NCBI GenBank assembly: GCA_951406725.2
Contig: OX597837.1
Coordinates: 3,038,001 to 3,102,000, forward strand
Direction of reading: 5' to 3'
DNA length: 64,000 bases
Origin: Octopus vulgaris
Taxonomy: Eukaryota
This document shows, one piece after another, positions 61,201-64,000 of the stretch. Under the pieces are notes generated by a model. It ran no database searches. It was not told where the DNA came from and worked only from the letters and a program-made list of their open reading frames with translations. Within the stretch, counting starts at the first letter, position 1; each line of letters begins with the position of its first letter. Position numbers and translations under genes: made by a program.

Positions 61201-63698
61201 TTTAACGTGTCTAATTTTTGTCAAAAATTAAGTTTATATATATATATATATAAGCAATAATAAATCTCTGAGCGAGATATAAACAGCAGCAGCACGACAC
61301 CACACTAATTCCCACTGATAAACAAAGAAATCCTCCGGTACTACTTAAGAAGAGTGGTCCCGGTGCGCGCACTCACGCATCCGCGCTAGCTAGTCGTGAC
61401 TAGTCGATCCTACAACGACTTCCTAGCAAAGTAAATAAAACACAAAATAAATAATTTTTATTACAAAGTAAATATTTTTTTAAACAAAGTAAATAAAACA
61501 AAAACAAAGGACCAACTAGTCACGACTAGCTAGCGCGGATGCGCGAGTATGCGAGTGCGCGTACCGGGACCACTCTTAAGTAGTACCCTCATCTTACATT
61601 AATGAATATGGAAATTACCAAAATTAATTAATCTAAATTATAATTACCATTTCACACGGGATATATCTTACACTTAAATAGAGAAAAGCCTTAGAAATTC
61701 AGAGATTCCACAAATGCAGTCTAAGTAAATAATAGTTTACGAGTCAGTGGGGGGAAACGAAACAGATTTAGTTGGAGGTAGGTAAATAGACAAATCACTC
61801 GCTGAGAGACTAGCATGTCGTTTCTAAGAGGTCCCCTCGATTTAGTATTCAGAGGCTGTTGTTAACGAACAGCTACAACTTAAATAAAGACCGAAAGCAA
61901 GTAAACAATGGGTGCAAAAGAAAAAACCCTATGATATTCTATTTTTATTTTTAAAAAATTAAAAGTTAGCCTCATTTTTGATATTTTCAGTATCATTTAT
62001 CATAACTTATAATAATATTTTTATTGTAATTTTTTTTGTTTTGGTAAAAAAAAAAAGAGCATTGTACGAGTTTTCTTTTTTCGTAACCAACTTTGCACCA
62101 ACCTGTATATATGCATGTTTGTACAACGAGGGGGGTAGGTAGGTAGATATCAGTTGAATAAAGTTACATGGTCAGGTTTCTACAATGAGCAAAATTAGTA
62201 ACCGTGGTAAAATGAGTAATTTCTAATCTCATGTTATTTCCTCCCAACCTGTTCAAAATCATTCGTTGGCAAGTATTGCATCATTCTTTTGCATTGCTAC
62301 ATTATATTTAGGAGTGAAAATTGGTCAGCATGGGTACTGTTGTTGAAGTTAAGAGAGCCCCAAACATGGTCAGGTGGCGGGTCCTCTTTTTTCAAGAAAT
62401 TTTTCCTCAACCCGATTGTAATTGACGTTACTAATTATCTGGATAATTTTTGGTATTTAAAAATATATATTCTTTTCTCTGCTAGATTCCAAATCAATTT
62501 TTTACCCACACTAAATGTCTAACTTGATAATTTTCAAGTTTAGAAATTAGGGGATCTAAAATGGGGTAAAATGAGTAATGACAAATTTTTATTTCTTTTT
62601 CACGGTACGAAGATGACACTCCAGTAAATCGTGAAGAATGTTTTGTTTTTTTTATAATAAAAAAAACCCAAAAAACTCAGCATTAAATTCGACTAAATCA
62701 AGTTTTGGACAATGGTAAAGAATACGCACACCACCCGTTTTCGGTGGTTAGGGTTACGCCGAAAACGGGTGGTGTGCGTATTCTTTACCTCTGCCCAAGT
62801 TTTGTTGATTTCATATCTTGTGCCTTTTTCCCTAAGTTTCTTTCATTTAACTTTATTTTATTTATTTATTTTGTTTTTTGCATTTCTGATTGTCTAGAAG
62901 TGGAGGCGAAAGTAAAGAATACACACACCCGGTGTTTAGGGTTTTTGTTACGCCGAAAATGGGTGGTGTATGTATCCCTCACCTCTGTCGAAGTGGATAT
63001 TAATGTGTATGTTTTCAAATGTCATTCTGGCGATTTGGAGCGGCAAATTTACCATATTTTGTCTTACTCATTTTGCCCCAACCAAATTTGTCTTTTATAT
63101 GCTAAAAAAAAAAAAAACTGCGATAATTTTCTGAAATAGTGTTCAGATTATGTTGGAAAGTTTTTAATGAATTTAGGGAAGGCCTTTTGCTAGGCTGATA
63201 TAAGTTTTGTAAGGTAGTGAACATTTGTAAAAAATATATTTTATCTCAAAGTCAAAGATGCAATAAAAATTTCCCCATTGTGCCCCATCCCCATATAGAC
63301 ATATACATCATTTGAAGTATACCGTATATATTTACCGCGGTTGTTCTTAGCAATTGGTTTTGAGCTAGGAGTACAACGAAGTGTTATTTAACAATCCGAT
63401 TATATAACCATACATATATATATGTGTGTGTGTGTGTGTAAACATCGTATTGATTGGGACTTCGAGTTTCCTCTAACGCTGTATTCAACCAGAGACTTTC
63501 AAAATATTGTTAGAGAAAACACGTTTCCGATCGACACGACCTTTTTAATAAACACAAGCCCCTTAATTATTTTCAGTACTAAGTAACCCCACGCGAACTT
63601 GTTTTTAAAAGAATATAACCTCACTGGCATAGGCGAAGTAAATCTGTGCTACTACAACCGAAACTATGCCGAAACGGACGGCGATGCCCCTCACTTGA

Positions 63699-63743
<45 letters not shown>

Positions 63744-64000
63744 CGCATACTGTATAGTTATAGTAAGGCTATATAAACACACATATAGAGACAGACAAAG
63801 AATATATGTGGAAGGGTGGAATCGACTTCGAGCCTTCACTATTACGATGTGAAACCTTGCTCCCTCACGTTAGGAATTCAAATAACAAAGACAACAGTGT
63901 TATTAATTTTGTCGCATTTACTTACATAACTGTTCCCTGGTTCCTTCTGTTTAAATGTTGTCGACATAGTGATGGGTGGAACCACCATCCTGGAGTTCCA
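21164..64000 (-). CDS. CTH: Cystathionine gamma-lyase gene span (multi-exon; 5' part of exon 1 lies beyond the window)
   Basis: Eleven exons join in frame via GT-AG introns into a PLP-dependent Cys/Met-metabolism lyase: STTFKQ, YSRSGNPTR, ASGLAA, DDMYGGT, ETPTNP, DNTF, HSMTKYMNGH, AESLGGFESL, THASV, IRLSVGIE. The left boundary depends on the putative last exon. Confidence 0.95.
23048..23186 (-). CDS. CTH: CTH exon 11 (139 nt)
   Basis: caacag|(P)AIMTHASVPEFQRVQLGLGDNLIRLSVGIECEEDLIADIDQALKIA|gtaagt. Confidence 0.93.
24274..24326 (-). CDS. CTH: CTH exon 10 (53 nt)
   Basis: ttctag|LFTTAESLGGFESLIEL-CC|gtgagt. Confidence 0.95.
25187..25400. mobile_element. MITE-like element with ~45-bp imperfect TIRs
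   Basis: atattgtataaaaga..gtaaggccaaaacaatgaagtaaatg versus catttacttcgcattgttttggccttac..tcttttatacaatat. Confidence 0.65.
26576..26969 (-). mobile_element. SINE family A copy
   Basis: Colinear with 6281-6684. Confidence 0.85.
27158..27279 (-). CDS. CTH: CTH exon 9 (122 nt)
   Basis: ccacag|(G)LPSHPQYELAKRQMRGFSGMVSLYIKGGIEESKKFLQNLK|gtaaat. Confidence 0.95.
27691..27843 (-). CDS. CTH: CTH exon 8 (153 nt)
   Basis: ttacag|(A)CGAVPSPFDCYLVNRGLKTLHVRMKEHQKNGLAVAKFLENNPRVVKILHP-G|gtagga. Confidence 0.95.
28107..28184 (-). CDS. CTH: CTH exon 7 (78 nt)
   Basis: ttgcag|(G)HSDAVMGCIALNDDKMAARLRFLQN-G|gtaaaa. Confidence 0.93.
28730..29590 (-). mobile_element. Cluster of about four co-oriented SINE family B copies
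   Basis: Repeated gaatttgaactcagaac...ctgccagctcacc units separated by (AAT)n spacers. Confidence 0.75.
29613..29670 (-). CDS. CTH: CTH exon 6 (58 nt; PLP-binding lysine)
   Basis: ttttag|RPLDFGADIVVHSMTKYMN-G|gtatgt; contains the S-x-T-K-Y Schiff-base motif. Confidence 0.95.
29798..31068 (+). mobile_element. Full-length mariner element (1271 bp) in CTH intron 5
   Basis: 37-bp perfect TIRs cgaggggcgttcaataagtaatgcccctgacccactt; TA on both sides (29796-97, 31069-70). Confidence 0.95.
29965..30995 (+). pseudogene. Disrupted mariner DD34D transposase
   Basis: MEPVECRAVIWFLYLKG (HTH), KKVSARWISRLLT, ITQDKTWVHHYDP, KVMLTVFWD, LQDNAPVH, LAPSDFHLF. Has frameshifts, stops and loss of the PYSPD segment. 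Confidence 0.9.
32882..33013 (-). CDS. CTH: CTH exon 5 (132 nt)
   Basis: tcccag|LVWIETPTNPLMKVVDIAAACKVTKEKSDAIVAIDNTFCSPYFQ|gtaaat. Confidence 0.95.
36401..36507 (-). CDS. CTH: CTH exon 4 (107 nt)
   Basis: ctgcag|(G)TNRYFRTMEQLGISITFVDATDINKFAAAFQENTK|gtaagg. Confidence 0.95.
38467..38562 (-). CDS. CTH: CTH exon 3 (96 nt)
   Basis: ttccag|(A)LCMASGLAANDLVTRLLKAGDHIVSMDDMYG-G|gtaagt. Confidence 0.95.
40662..40743 (-). CDS. CTH: CTH exon 2 (82 nt)
   Basis: ccacag|GFDYSRSGNPTRNCLEKCIASLEGAKH-G|gtgagt. Confidence 0.95.
41432..42340 (-). mobile_element. Cluster of four co-oriented SINE family B copies
   Basis: Same units as 28730-29590, separated by (AAT)n/(AAC)n. Confidence 0.75.
43572..43800 (+). 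mobile_element. SINE family B copy
   Basis: Head gggtggtgagctggcagaatcgttagc and the same central domain as 6935-7296. Confidence 0.8.
44806..45053. mobile_element. Fold-back/MITE-like element with ~68-bp imperfect TIRs
   Basis: taaaatcaaaataagcaacaggatatc...ggctccatttaa versus ttaaatggagcc...gatatcctgtttcttattttgatttta. Confidence 0.7.
46690..47620 (-). mobile_element. Degenerate Tc1-like DD34E transposase remnant with internal duplication
   Basis: VLFTDETRVTL..PDGWANGWV, VFVHDNTLFHSAR, SLDLNPIEHLWSIIKQNV. About 165 bp is duplicated (47095-47260 vs 47375-47540). Confidence 0.8.
48510..48547 (+). ncRNA. Minimal hammerhead-like motif, non-canonical core CUGUUGA
   Basis: TCTTT-CTGTTGA-A-GAGC(ATAG)GCTC-GAAAC-GTA-AAAGA: perfect stem I, stem II, palindromic ACGT stem III, GUA site. 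Confidence 0.6.
48795..48857 (-). ncRNA. Minimal hammerhead-like motif, core CCGAAGA
   Basis: Reverse complement AGATAA-CCGAAGA-G...GTGGA(TT)TCCAC...C-GAAAC-TCAGA-GTT-TTATCT. 6-bp perfect stem I and ACTC/GAGT stem III. Confidence 0.55.
48915..50600. mobile_element. Penelope-like element remnant: minus-strand RT-thumb + GIY-YIG, with inverted plus-strand copy of its 3' end
   Basis: Minus strand: VDHLDVSLDLN, KIIYFAPLFSLNIKTNRGKRFL, CPLDQQC...YIRLCEGEFKNRYANH, LASYVWTLKD...KCRLCLAE...LLNSQS. Plus strand 50078-50310 repeats the last part and is followed by a hammerhead motif. Confidence 0.85.
50523..50576 (+). ncRNA. Penelope-type minimal hammerhead ribozyme (canonical core)
   Basis: GTAC-CTGAAGA-ATATG..TGAG(TATTT)CTCA..TATAT-GAAAC-TATTA-GTA-GCAC. 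One mismatch in stem I; lies 3' of the GIY-YIG remnant. Confidence 0.7.
51313..51690 (+). mobile_element. Well-preserved RTE-type 3' end with (GAT)n tail
   Basis: ggttggcgttaggaagggcatccagccgtagaaac...ggaaaacggacgttaaacgatgatgatgatgat. Similar tails occur at about 22620-22830, 31740-31935, 35570-35690, 43080-43200 and 44080-44580. Confidence 0.7.
51700..52572 (-). mobile_element. RTE-BovB-like LINE 3' fragment with nested SINE
   Basis: Minus strand YGHVMHMDEDSCVKKC...SRPRKTWDEVVKHD...WR, followed by the ubiquitous 3' sequence ggtattaggaagggcatccagctgtagaaacc...ggacaacggatgttaaatga. Confidence 0.7.
52599..52938 (+). mobile_element. SINE family A copy
   Basis: Colinear with 6281-6684 in opposite orientation, with an internal deletion. 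Confidence 0.85.
53911..56603 (+). mobile_element. RTE-clade LINE, near full-length but inactivated
   Basis: APE motifs TYNCRSL, FGLCETR, WTWISPN, IDYIL, SDHRLV. RT motifs NYRPICLLS, FVDYEKAFDSVE, GVKQGDTISPKLF. C-terminal YGSETW, FRWAGH. Frameshifts, stops and internal deletions include the FADD catalytic motif. Confidence 0.9.
56643..56680 (+). ncRNA. Minimal hammerhead-like motif, core CUGUAGA
   Basis: TCTTT-CTGTAGA-A-GAGC(ATAG)GCTT-GAAAC-GTA-AAAGA. Confidence 0.55.
59833..60053 (+). mobile_element. Non-autonomous mariner derivative (MITE)
   Basis: TIR-like ends cgagggagtgctgaaaagttcttggcttt / aaagccaggaacttttcagcc...cccctca. Internal remnant LEKLKGHCNKCVNLRGEYGE* resembles a mariner transposase C-terminus. 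Confidence 0.75.
60241..60599 (-). mobile_element. SINE family A copy
   Basis: Colinear with 6281-6684. Confidence 0.85.
61337..61587. mobile_element. MITE-like element with ~70-bp GC-rich TIRs and A-rich centre
   Basis: ggtactacttaaga..gtggtcccggtgcgcgcactc..gcatccgcgctagctagtcgtgactagt and its inverted copy at the right end; no clear TSD. Confidence 0.75.
63926..64000 (-). CDS. CTH: CTH exon 1 (3' part; truncated by window edge)
   Basis: Reverse complement reads WNSRMVVPPITMSTTFKQKEPGNSY, followed by donor GTAAGT. Phase 0 matches exon 2. Confidence 0.93.

Overview
AT-rich, microsatellite- and transposon-dense eukaryotic DNA. The SINE/LINE repertoire looks like Octopus (coleoid cephalopod); that is my inference, not a database result. 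One host gene is present: cystathionine gamma-lyase (CTH/CSE) on the minus strand. Eleven exons can be stitched in frame with GT-AG junctions, from the right edge (exon 1 is cut at 64000) to 23048, plus a probable tiny last exon at 21164-21172; intron 1 is about 23 kb. Downstream of the gene is a near-intact ~5.5 kb CR1/L2-group LINE (APE + RT ORF2) abutting a ~2.9 kb (TA)n array. Its ORF1 appears to join a trihelix Myb/SANT-like domain to a CCCH zinc finger, and its 3' motif and hairpin are shared with the commonest SINE in the window. Also present: a full-length mariner, a Tc1 remnant, a Penelope-like GIY-YIG remnant, a deleted RTE LINE, an R4/Dong RLE fragment in (TAA)n, many tRNA-derived SINEs, MITE-like fold-backs, and at least eight minimal hammerhead-ribozyme-like motifs. 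These include a ~190 bp dispersed element whose core reads CUGUNGA instead of CUGANGA. Nearly all other ORFs in the track are microsatellite artefacts.
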